From Botryllus schlosseri (lineage: Eukaryota), in the NCBI GenBank assembly GCA_051294905.1, contig CM119372.1, forward strand, positions 28,522,001 to 28,586,000: 64,000 bases of DNA, read 5' to 3'. Positions within the stretch are counted from its first letter, which is position 1. Each line of letters opens with the position of its first letter. Position numbers and translations under genes: made by a program. The notes beneath the pieces were generated by a model. That model had not been told where the DNA came from. It ran no database searches and saw only the letters and a program-made list of their open reading frames with translations. This document shows positions 41,237 through 51,333 of this stretch, one piece after another.

Positions 41237-43559
41237 GCCGATCGTATTTCAATATGAGTGTACCAATAAATATTTTTTTCGCGTCTGTATAATTCTGTGT
41301 TGTTTGTCCGAGGCTTCTATGTTGGTGTTTTAATCATTTAGTGGGGGCAGAGATAAAAGAGTCGATATTACAATAGACACGACTCGTCCTAGTCGAGTAT
41401 TAGAAACCACCATGAAAGCAGGTCAACTTTATGTGACAGTTTTGATAACACCAATACTACAAAATACCATTTATCGTCTGACGGTGAAAGATGGGGATTT
41501 GCGAATAGGGGCTGGTTGCAATACCACACGAGTAAATACACAGAGAGAGTCTTTATTTTAAACAAACCAAAATACGTAACAAACGGCAGTGATGGTGGTA
41601 CAGAAAATATACTTTGCACAGTATTCGGTACTAGATGGGAATGATCGACAAGACCGTGAAGGTCATCTAGTCTGATCACACAGTGTAAAGAGGCTTTCGG
41701 TATACCCTTCCGAAACGTATAGTTACGGGGCATGGACGGGCGCCCGGGAGACATACCTTATTAGTAATTTTACCGTACGACTTATTTTAGCATCGGGTGA
41801 TTTTAATACCCTTTCGAAGATGTCGTGTTTTATTTGACGAAGTCAGAGGTTTGTTTCACACGGTGTGATTACGAGTGATAAATTGTAAACATAATAGCAC
41901 ACAGCAGCTGACGGGTCGCGGTGCGGGACAATAAAGACGGTTACCGTGCGAGACGTACAAGCCACCATAACTACACAGAGGTCGTCAGCAATGCCGCTAC
42001 TTTTTTCCGGGTACTCGATTCTGTCTACTCGCACTGCACCAAGTTATCAATGTGGCTAGCCTTCTTTAGGAAGCCACTTACTTTTACTAGTTTATAAAAG
42101 TTTAGCGACCCCCTCCGTATCATGCGACGATAGCTGGAGCTGTTAGGCTTGACTAGAGTTGACCACGATTCGGGCACGCATTTTCATCGGCTCGATGTGG
42201 AACTGTCTTAAAGGTTTTACCCTCACAATACGCGGGAATAACGAGGCTTTACGTACCAACCGTATCGTTTAAAACTTCGAATTGTCGCCCTGAGCTGACA
42301 TAGCATCCGAGCCATTTTTTTTTTCAACCCCCCGCGCGTATAAGTCTGCAAGTAGCGGATGAACCGTGTCCGATCACAGTTGACCCGGCAAAAACCTGTT
42401 TAAACGGTGACTGTCAGGATCAGTAGACGCTGATTCGCCTACACTACAGTATTTCAGACATGGTACCATTCGAGTAAATGGGTATTTCTGTAGTATATGG
42501 CTGATATTAATTGTCAATATGTTCTGTTGGGGATGTGGGGCAGGCGAATTTAGCTTTCCATAACGAGTGTCATCAGAACATATTCATGTTTATTCCCATG
42601 CAGATCCATTCTTGTATCGATTTGTTGAGGAAATAACGATTTCAAGGATGCAACTCTATCCGATGTACTCGATTAGGATTTGTCCATCTGTGCTATATGA
42701 GTCGTTGTGTTTCTGACTACCTCCGCTTCAACCGTTTTAGCTACTTACTTTTCGGGTGTTGGGATTTTGAAATGTGTAAAGTAGTTTGTAAATGGATTTA
42801 CCACACTCTTACGACATTATTAATCAGACACCAAAATCCTGCTCGTCTCGCTAGACAGTGGGGGTCGATCATACATAAAAACACTTGATAACCAGGCGGT
42901 ATGTTCGCCACTTTGACCGAATGTAGCACTTTTGACCTATCCGGTCTCCATTCAGATGCGACCACGTGGACCTGGTGAAATGACTGTATAATTAATGATT
43001 GATTAGGTCAATAATATTGATAATTGCGTGTATATTGCTATAAATTTTGTATCCTTTCAGTCCGACTTCCCATGTGCGGTATGTAATCAAAAGATATTGA
43101 ACTCGCCTATACACAGACTACTAAACTAAAAGAAGCGCACGATTCAAAATTGGTATTTCTTCACTGTTAAATAATAATTCGGGGTGGGATGTCAGTTGCC
43201 CTGTGGGGTCCAGATTACCACGACATAATTATTCGGTGCCAGCACTTTAGACACCCATACAAATACATTTATATCGAAGTTTACGGTCAACATAAGGGCA
43301 ATCCTTTTCGACCCATGTTTTCTCGCTGACGATCTTTTTGGCACTCTTCTATGAGGCCCATGTTGGCCCAAACTTCATATGTCTTCTTACCTCTTGGCGT
43401 GGTAATGGCCAACGCTTAGATTCCTACTCTCATAAATGATGCGTATTTTTTGTGAAGGAAGGGTGCCTAATAATCAAAACATTTATCTACATGAAATCGT
43501 GTACAGTGCGAGCAAAATTAAAAAGTTGCAGAAATTGATATATACGTATATATTCTTCA

Positions 43560-43755
43560 TTATGATTGCGTATTGCAGTTCAAGCATGTGCAGTAATGAT
43601 TACGTCATTATGATTGCGTATAGTTGATTACTCTAGTTATTACGAGAGCGGCTTTGCTTGGTTTCAGTAACGCTGAGATATGATTACGTCATTATTGCGT
43701 AAGTTGATCGCCTTATTTGTTATTGTAGTTGAACCGAGTGCAAGGCAATATATAA
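43560..43755 (+). promoter_or_regulatory. Putative promoter of the death-domain gene: clustered bZIP-type sites plus TATA (mirrored at ~38546-38741)
   Basis: GATTACGTCAT x2 (43598, 43682), ATTGCGTA x3 (43565, 43613, 43694) and TATATAA at 43749-43755, ~50 bp before ATG 43804. Confidence 0.55.
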
Positions 43756-43803
43756 CGTGTAATATTTATTACATGATTATTCGCTGTACACTATAGATCG
43801 AAT

Positions 43804-44085
43804 ATGTCCAAGATTACTGCTAGTGATATATACGTCATAATGGATCGGATTGACCCGATGAACTGGTATAGGTTTGCACGTGAAAAACTTGAGCTATCTG
43901 ACAATGAAATTGCCGAATGCCAATACATGGATTGCTATACCTTAACTGAGCAACGATATCAAATGATACAGTTATGGATTCGTAAAAATGGTCGTTACGC
44001 TACGATGAACAAACTTAAAGAATTAGTTTACAGTTGTCTGTATCAGATACCTTCGAATAGCAATTCAACTGTTCTGTTGGATTGA
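43804..44085 (+). CDS. Intronless death-domain-only protein (93 aa), right-arm copy
   Basis: Death-domain pattern as in the left copy; upstream TATA; downstream AATAAA at 44327-44332. Confidence 0.8.
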   Translation: MSKITASDIYVIMDRIDPMNWYRFAREKLELSDNEIAECQYMDCYTLTEQRYQMIQLWIRKNGRYATMNKLKELVYSCLYQIPSNSNSTVLLD

Positions 44086-47000
44086 GAGACATAACGTACT
44101 AAGAGGAAAATAATATTGTGTAGACTGGAGAATAATGAAGATGCTCTCAGAAGACTTCAATATCGGTTTATACGCAATCATATGCTCATGTATGCGAAGC
44201 TGGTATTGCTTTTACTTCGCAAATCAAAAAAAAGATTCTGATATCAAGAAAGTATGCCAAGATCTGAAAGAAGCTCTACACCTTGTTCTGGACGATTAGT
44301 TAATGTGCTTGCCCGTTATTACTTCAAATAAACTGAACATGTGTATTTAATTGTGTAAAATGTGTTATAAAGGTCAGTCTACGGAAGTGAATAGACAAGT
44401 CTGGACCTGTCTATATTACAGCATATTAGAGATAGATTGTGCAATAACCTCAAAATACGGAGAGTACTGAACCTTTGAGAAATGACCCAGCTATCCCATA
44501 CCACGGACCGTCGGCGAGTTGGCAAAACAAGCTTTATCTCGGTGACCTAGACAGAACACAGTGCTTCAGCTGCTCCAGTGTTCTCCGCAATTGGAGGTCT
44601 ACAGACGATGTATCTGAAATACACTTGACGTATCTCCCCGGATTGTTGTTTTCCTTGAGGGCTGTATTACTGGTTAGTATTTTTATGGATGATTGACAAC
44701 CGCTAGCTGTCGCTATTGTATCATCTACATATGTGTTATACAAGGGGGGCGGGCAACTCCTTCGGTCGGCGGGCCGGAGAAAATTAAGTACTTGGCATGC
44801 CGAATTGCTGAATCGATACATTATTCGCCCATTGATCCCCATATACGAGGGATAAATCGTATTTAATCAATGTATTTTACCGACCGCAATGTCACTGCAA
44901 AGCCATATCTCGCCGATAATAACGAAGACAATGTCGGTTTGAGAACAGCCTTGTTATACAGGCACCGTCGTGTCTCCTTCTCTCTAGTCAATGAACACAC
45001 CGTTCAACCCGTAAGATTTACAAATTACTGGATTGCTTTGAAACTACATTTTGGCTCGATAGATTTATGGGGGGCCTACTCTTTATCATTAGGATAGAAA
45101 GCGATTTCACGACATTTCTTTTAAAGCTACTTGAGTACTTCAAAGCTATATTCTGCTTTAGTCGAGTAGCGGACGAAGACGATTTCACACGCATTCCAAA
45201 GTACATCTTGTGAGAATGATGTACCACCACCGCCCCGGCTATTCTCGATACGACATGGGATCATTTGACTGTACTAAGGTGGCCCCGACATGGTCTAATG
45301 CGCTCGATCTTTTTTCACGGTAGTTTGGAGCGCTTTTACTATTCACATGTTTACACAGGCCCCGTATCCACGTAATAGCCTGCACAATACCATCATAGCG
45401 TCATTTTTCCGATTTGGCCACGTACCCGACTTTTGTAATCTAGGCCCACATTTTGCGTTACTCGTGGTGCTTTTTTGGAGATGTTGAGCTAACGAGGAGG
45501 ACAAACTGACAGAAAGAGAGTACATTTGGGTGAATTGGGTGACATATCTGGGAAATGGAGGACATATGCTCCCCTAAAGGAGGCCTCATGGAAACCCTAT
45601 ATTAAAATAGGAGGGTCGATAGTGATATCGAATGGATCGCATTGTGTTGCTGTCAACCCGAAAACGCGGGTTTTATCAAGCCGCAGATTGATGGCTGACA
45701 TCGATTGTGTCACGCTCGATTGAACACAGCTGATTTACGTACATTGTTGACCGGTAAAGTTATTGTCCTCGTTGTGTGATACGGTTTTTACCAATATCCT
45801 CCTCGAGGTGCCAAATCTGGTCGCACTAATAACACCTGTACAGACGAACCAAACAGAATTCCGCCAAAGGGTCGATACCAAGTCTCCTTGTACGTAAATT
45901 ATTATACAACGACACCTATATTACAGCAGAACAATCTTGTCTGGACGGAGGAGGTCACGAAACATCTCCGGACCCGGGGCAGATTTCATCAGTTTTCAGC
46001 GAAGCCAGTCTGGATGCGGCCAAATGGCCCTGAGAGTCGGATTTATGCTATATTTTACCCTCACAACATATGGAAATAACAGGACTTTACGAGCCAGCCG
46101 GATTTTTTGGACTTTGATTTAGCAACCCTATAGTCGCAGTGGATTCCGATTTCGAAATCTCCCCCTCTACTTTACACCTCACCTCAGGCTATAGATCGTA
46201 TCAGGTATGATCTGTCACAATTCATTCCCATTATTGCACCACCGAGCGCGTTTCAGCCAAATAAGGTCAGTCCACCCCGATGAAGCGAGCTACCCCGATT
46301 CGTTTCGCGGACAATTGAAATAACATCGTACTCGCAGTTACCGAGCGGAAAATACAAGGCCCGAAGGCGTGACACAGCAATTCTCTGACGGTAACACTCT
46401 GCCGAGTCAATATATCCGTAGTATGATGCTGCAAATATGCTTGGAGGTGTTGGCATAACATGTGTTGAGGATATGTTTCGATCCTCGGCACAGCAGGATG
46501 GATCACAAAACAAAATGGCGCTATGCAGTCTACGCGGCCGCATGTCATTTTCGACAGCGAGATTGATTATCGTGAATTAGGTCTTGGACAAAGCACCGAT
46601 AGCAGCGCGTCGTATAATATCCGAGCTAAGTAGTTATAGTATACTATAAACCTGATCCTCGCACCGCCAACGAGCCGTAACCACAATTCTAATACCGCAA
46701 CAATCCATACACAATAATACACCATACCGGGAGCTTTCAAAATACCAGTTGACGGGCTTCGATCGATTGTCGACACGTGATGATTTAAATCAGCCTGATT
46801 TAAACCAGAACCCTAAGTATGATGCAAATATGCTTGGAGGTATTGGCATAGCATGTGTTGAGGATATATTTACGACACATACGTGAACACAACTGACTGT
46901 CTGTAGCGAAATTTGTCGACTTCGAGCGATAGGGCGTGGCTGCCGAAGCAATAGTTCCTTAGTATGATATTGTAAATATGCGTGGAGGTGTTGCCATAAC

Positions 47001-48883
47001 AAGTGTTGAGGATATGTTACGATACACGCGAACACAACTGATTGTCTGCAGCGAAATGAGTCGCCCTCGAACGGCAAGTGCGTGGTGAGCTCGTGATCGA
47101 TATGTGTATGTTACAGACGGGCAAAGCATTAGTTCGCCAACAGTTCGATTCAAGTTGTATATCATGTACAGCATACAAAATTAATATCCCGTGGTAAATT
47201 GAATATCATTTGCAGACACCGGGATGATTACGCTTGACCAACCGTGAAGCAGTAAAAAGAACCCATCATAAATACATTGTTTTACTCGGGACTGTCTGTC
47301 CTTATGAATACGCTAGAACGAGGTATAGGTATGGAACAGCCACATTTGTTGCTTGCACCGATTACTAGGTACGTAATACCAGGGGTTAACATGTTGATGC
47401 GAGCAAAATTGAGAATCAGCTATTTGCTCAATTACTTATTGTATTTATAATGCTAATTTATTTAAGTTAATCTATGTCGGGTCGCCTAATACACATTTCT
47501 ACTACGACATTCATTCTCATTCTCGATATGACTCGAAATGGTATACATATTTATAATCGTAACAGATCGTTTCTCGTTACTGTCTGGGTCGATAACAAAG
47601 TAAAAAAGGGTTCAAGTACAACAGTACACAAGACACAGACCACAAGCGTCACTTTACATAGCCGAACGTATGGACACCTAAAACACGCACCAGGATCTCA
47701 TGGATCAGAAGAAACTATACTGACGTCACGACCGGTAATTATGACCCACCGTACACGAAATTGAATCAACCGCGGAACGACAAGTCAACCAGCTTGACGC
47801 TCTATTGTTCCCGAGCCACGAAATTGGACCACGGAATGACAGGTCAGGGCAGGCAACTATGGTCAAGCCCCGTCGTACACGACCGAAGTCAGCACCGGCA
47901 ATTATTCCCATGCCCCACCGTACATGAAATCGAGTCAACCACGGGACGACAAGTCAGCCAGGGGGTTTGACGGGGAATTATTCCCAAGACACGTCACGAA
48001 ATTGGACCACAAAACGATAGGTCAGGACGATATGTCGTCAGGCAACTATTACCAAGCCCCGTCGCGTATGACCGGAGTCAGCTGTAATTTCATGTCCTTG
48101 GCCAGAGGTCGAGCGAGGTTGTTACGAGTCCAGTATGACACAGGCTGTGGACGTCGCTTTGCCCAGCCGAGCGTATCGTCGGCGTGCATACCATTGAAAT
48201 TAAAAGCCGATCCATTGTTATTCGAGGGAAAATATAATAAATACTCAATACACAAGTCTCGTGTCCAGAGATCAAGCGAGGTAAGGAGTGGAAAAGTACA
48301 AGTAGAATGACTCCAGTACAAAGGTCAATCCAGATTCTTTGTTCGTTTTCTCTCAGTCCCCCCTATTGCCGCACAGTCAGAAGGGAATTCCCCTCGAGTA
48401 TTGCTGCAAAACTGAGAATGAGCTAATTCTTACACTGTTTATTATCTTGATAATGTTTGTTTGTTCTTTATAAATCGCGAATGGGCACCTTCCGCACATT
48501 TCTCTAACTACTTCCATGCTACAAGTCGACGTTACGGAATCCAAAATAAGAAATATCGGCCTGGTGTAAATGACCATTATAGTTGACAAACACCATGATT
48601 ACCACAAATGTCATTAGTGTTGAGTACATCGTAAATGCCGATAATGCAAGTCTTCACGCTTCGACGAACTGACGCGTAAGCTCCACCTTCGCTCGCCGCG
48701 CATACATGTGCATAGTAACACACATGCAGTCACTAAAATTTGACGTAGTAAGCAAGTAGTGGGGAATCTCAGAAGACTGGGGCCGCGGGCCATTATCATG
48801 TAAGACGGAAAACTGTCCGCGGGCCGGACAAAATCCCTTCGCGGGCCGGATCCGGCCCGCGGGCCGTATGTTGCCCGCCCCTG

Positions 48884-49545
48884 CTGTAACACCATGTCAC
48901 GAAAAATGGTTATGTCTGGGACATTATCTTGTCAGCGATCGCGGGATTTGTATAATCTATTTCACGCCTTTTTGAAGTGCAAGTTTGCGAACGCGGTTAT
49001 TGTTGGTATTGGAATCGCCGTCTACGCCGGCTCTGTGACCAATTAATTACCAAAATATTACCACGCGAGTGATTCCTAGATTTAGCTAACTATTTCACAC
49101 CTTTTTTGTTGAAAGTACTACATACCGCCGCAGCCTATACCTGAAAGTACGAATCATCGCCGCAGCCATAAGAATAACGATATATTGAAGTCGCACTCAC
49201 CGTAAACGTTAGGATTACCTCGAATCGGTCATATCTAATAATTTGAGATATACACATTGAGTAAGGATCAATCACGTGACTATTTACTTCATAATCAACA
49301 TCACATCATGACCGCAACCTATACCCACAACATTAGTTCACTACGACACAAGAATCCGTGGGCACATCATCACCACAGCCTATACCTGAAAGGGTACCAT
49401 CATCACCGCGCCCATAAGAACACATGGCACATCACCACCACAAGGGGGGTCTAAAAGGGTACCATCATCACCCCGAGTTTTCAGGCACATCACCACCCCG
49501 CCCATAAGAGCCCCTGCCACCTCCAGAGCGATCTACTATACTACT
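48884..49545 (+). mobile_element. Old element-2-family arm, terminal piece ending in ...GATCTACTATACTACT
   Basis: Similar to ~63590-63850 and to the reverse complement of ~50816-51210. Its terminus read inward, AGTAGTATAGTAGATCG, resembles the element 2 terminus AGTAGTTATATAGATCG. Confidence 0.75.
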
Positions 49546-50489
49546 TGCAATAGTCAGCTAACATATGTAAGCTCCAATCTACACTGGTATCTTACCCTCA
49601 TCATCTTCAGATATATTGGGGGATGCTTACTCCTTGCCCATCGCTGACCAGGCCAAGGTTTTCCGGGAAATATTTAGATATGGTAGCTTTTTCTAATGTC
49701 TGCTGTCCGACATAAACATATGGCAGGGGTTCTCAACCCGCGGCCCGCAGACGTATATTTTATGGCCCGCGACATCTTTCATTATAAACGCAATTACTAA
49801 TGTTCATTATAAACGCAATTACTAATGACACGGTATTGTTACAAATTAATTTAGATACTTAGCTCTTTTATCGCACCGTCTCTGTTTCGTTTGATTACTC
49901 ATTCTTGAAGACAGTGGTTCTCAAACTGGGGGCACGCGCCCTCTTTGGTGCGTGAAGCATCTGAAGGGGGCGCGAAGGTGCGGTCAACTGAAAAAAATTT
50001 CGCGCTGCGCGCAATTTATCCCTAATTCACTGTTATTTCTCTGTGTATAGTCCGAATTTCATATTTGAGAATTCTCTGATCAACGGCTATAACCTTCCAT
50101 GCCATCAAACTAGCCGTTTGTATTGCTAGCATTCTGGTTGCATTTTGTTATATGACGATAAGGGGGCACGAAATTTTTCCCTATCAAAAAGAGGGGGGGC
50201 GTGACTAAAAAATGTTTGAGAACCACTGCTTCAATGTGCTCTCGTTTCTTGATATATGCTCGACTTCAGATTGTTATTGTTTTGAATCATTATTCGGCTG
50301 GACTTTGGTTCAAGAGAATCCCGCTTCTTAGTAGGCCTTTTAAAGAGTGTTTGACTCACTGCGAACGGTTGTTGAGATTGCCGACGACGTTACAGACGCA
50401 TCGTTTAAAATTGCTTCGAACATCGCTAAACCCAAGAAATCTGATATAGAAGGTGTGATTTCAATAAAATCGTAACATACTTTGCGAAT

Positions 50490-50815
50490 ATTTGCTGTTT
50501 CCGGAACTTAGCAGCAAGGACAACATCACCAGACAAATTTCGAAGATGCAATCGTCTGATTCAATCCTGACCAGACGAGTAACATCAATATCAGTCAATC
50601 TTTTATCGCCTGTTCTGAAACACGTTGCCGCGTAGACTACTTTTACGCAGCCTTGGATGAATCCACCGACATTGTATAACTAATTATCTGGTTGAATTTC
50701 ATCAGAGTGGACATATATGCAGAGAAATACTGGCTGGGCAAACGTGGGGAGGGGACCAGCGAAAAATATCAACTTAACAAAGCTGACTTCTGTAACTATT
50801 GGTACAGTGCCCTAG
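50490..50815 (+). pseudogene. Decayed hAT (Buster/Charlie/GTF2IRD2-like) transposase fragment, cut by element 2
   Basis: Translations LFPELSSKDNITRQISKMQSSDSILTRRVTSISVNL, LDESTDI (first catalytic motif) and KLTSVTIGTVP (degenerate TTDGAP). A hAT-type end CAGGGGTTCTCAACC lies upstream at ~49723. Confidence 0.65.
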
Positions 50816-50852
50816 AGTAGTTATATAGATCGGTGACACATTGGCGTTGTGG

Positions 50853-51100
50853 CTTATGGCGGGGTGGTGAGCGGCTGGAAAACCGGGGGTGGTGAGCGGC
50901 TCCTTATACCTTATGGCGGGGTGGTGAGCGGCTATTGCGTCTTATGGCGGGGGTCGTGAGCGGCTCTTATTTCTTATGGCGGGGGTCGTGAGCGGCTGGA
51001 AAACCTGGGGGTGGTGAGCGGCTTTTATGTCTTATGGCGGGGGTCGTGAGCGGCTATTGTGTCTTATGACGGGGCGACATGCGGCTATTGCGTCTTATGG
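50853..51100 (+). repeat. Subterminal GC-rich tandem repeat (~25-32-bp units, core GGT[GC]GTGAGCGGCT)
   Basis: About 8 copies of CTTATGGCGGGG(G)T[GC]GTGAGCGGCT and variants. Confidence 0.9.
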
Positions 51101-51333
51101 ATGTGGTCGTGATTCGTACTTTCGGGTATATACATCTCTCGACTGGTGTTGAATATGTATCGAGTAAATAGTCATGTGAATGAATCTTTGTTAATGTGTA
51201 TATCGTAAATTATTATATATGATGTAGTTTAGTCGTGACAAATGACCGACCGTGTTCTAAGTCTTTCCTCTCTATTGATTGCTAGCTGAATAATACTTCA
51301 GATCGGGTTTTTCGCACCTTGTATACCGCTGTT

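Larger units (their letters stand above)
33788..48512. mobile_element. Palindromic element 1: non-autonomous Polinton/Maverick-like element with 6.3-kb TIRs
   Basis: Starts AGTAGTTAGAG and ends CTCTAACTACT; perfect 6-bp TSD TCCATG (33782-33787, 48513-48518). AG...CT termini with short AGT repeats and a 6-bp TSD are Polinton hallmarks. No core Polinton genes recognised. Confidence 0.8.
42213..48512 (-). repeat. Element 1 right arm (6300 bp)
   Basis: Reverse complement of 33788-40087. Confidence 0.97.
32312..48883. mobile_element. hAT-like element expanded to 16.6 kb by nested insertions (contains 32768-33631 and palindromic element 1)
   Basis: Perfect 14-bp TIR CAGGGGCGGGCAAC / GTTGCCCGCCCCTG; perfect 8-bp TSD CTGTAACA (32304-32311, 48884-48891). 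The joined flanks restore a sequence colinear with ~63770-63845. Confidence 0.8.

Noticed and set aside
41389..41754. 121-aa minus-strand ORF in the element-1 spacer
   Set aside because: No recognisable domain and overlaps the relic inverted repeat; cannot be supported without a homology search.
33788..48512. Palindrome as an assembly or chimeric-read artefact
   Set aside because: Disfavoured by the exact 6-bp TSD, transposon-type termini, reconstructable empty site, unique spacer and small inter-arm differences, although reads would be needed for proof.
50853..51100. GC-rich repeats with short variable linkers as a CRISPR
   Set aside because: Linkers are only 6-12 bp and themselves repeated; this is a subterminal tandem repeat.
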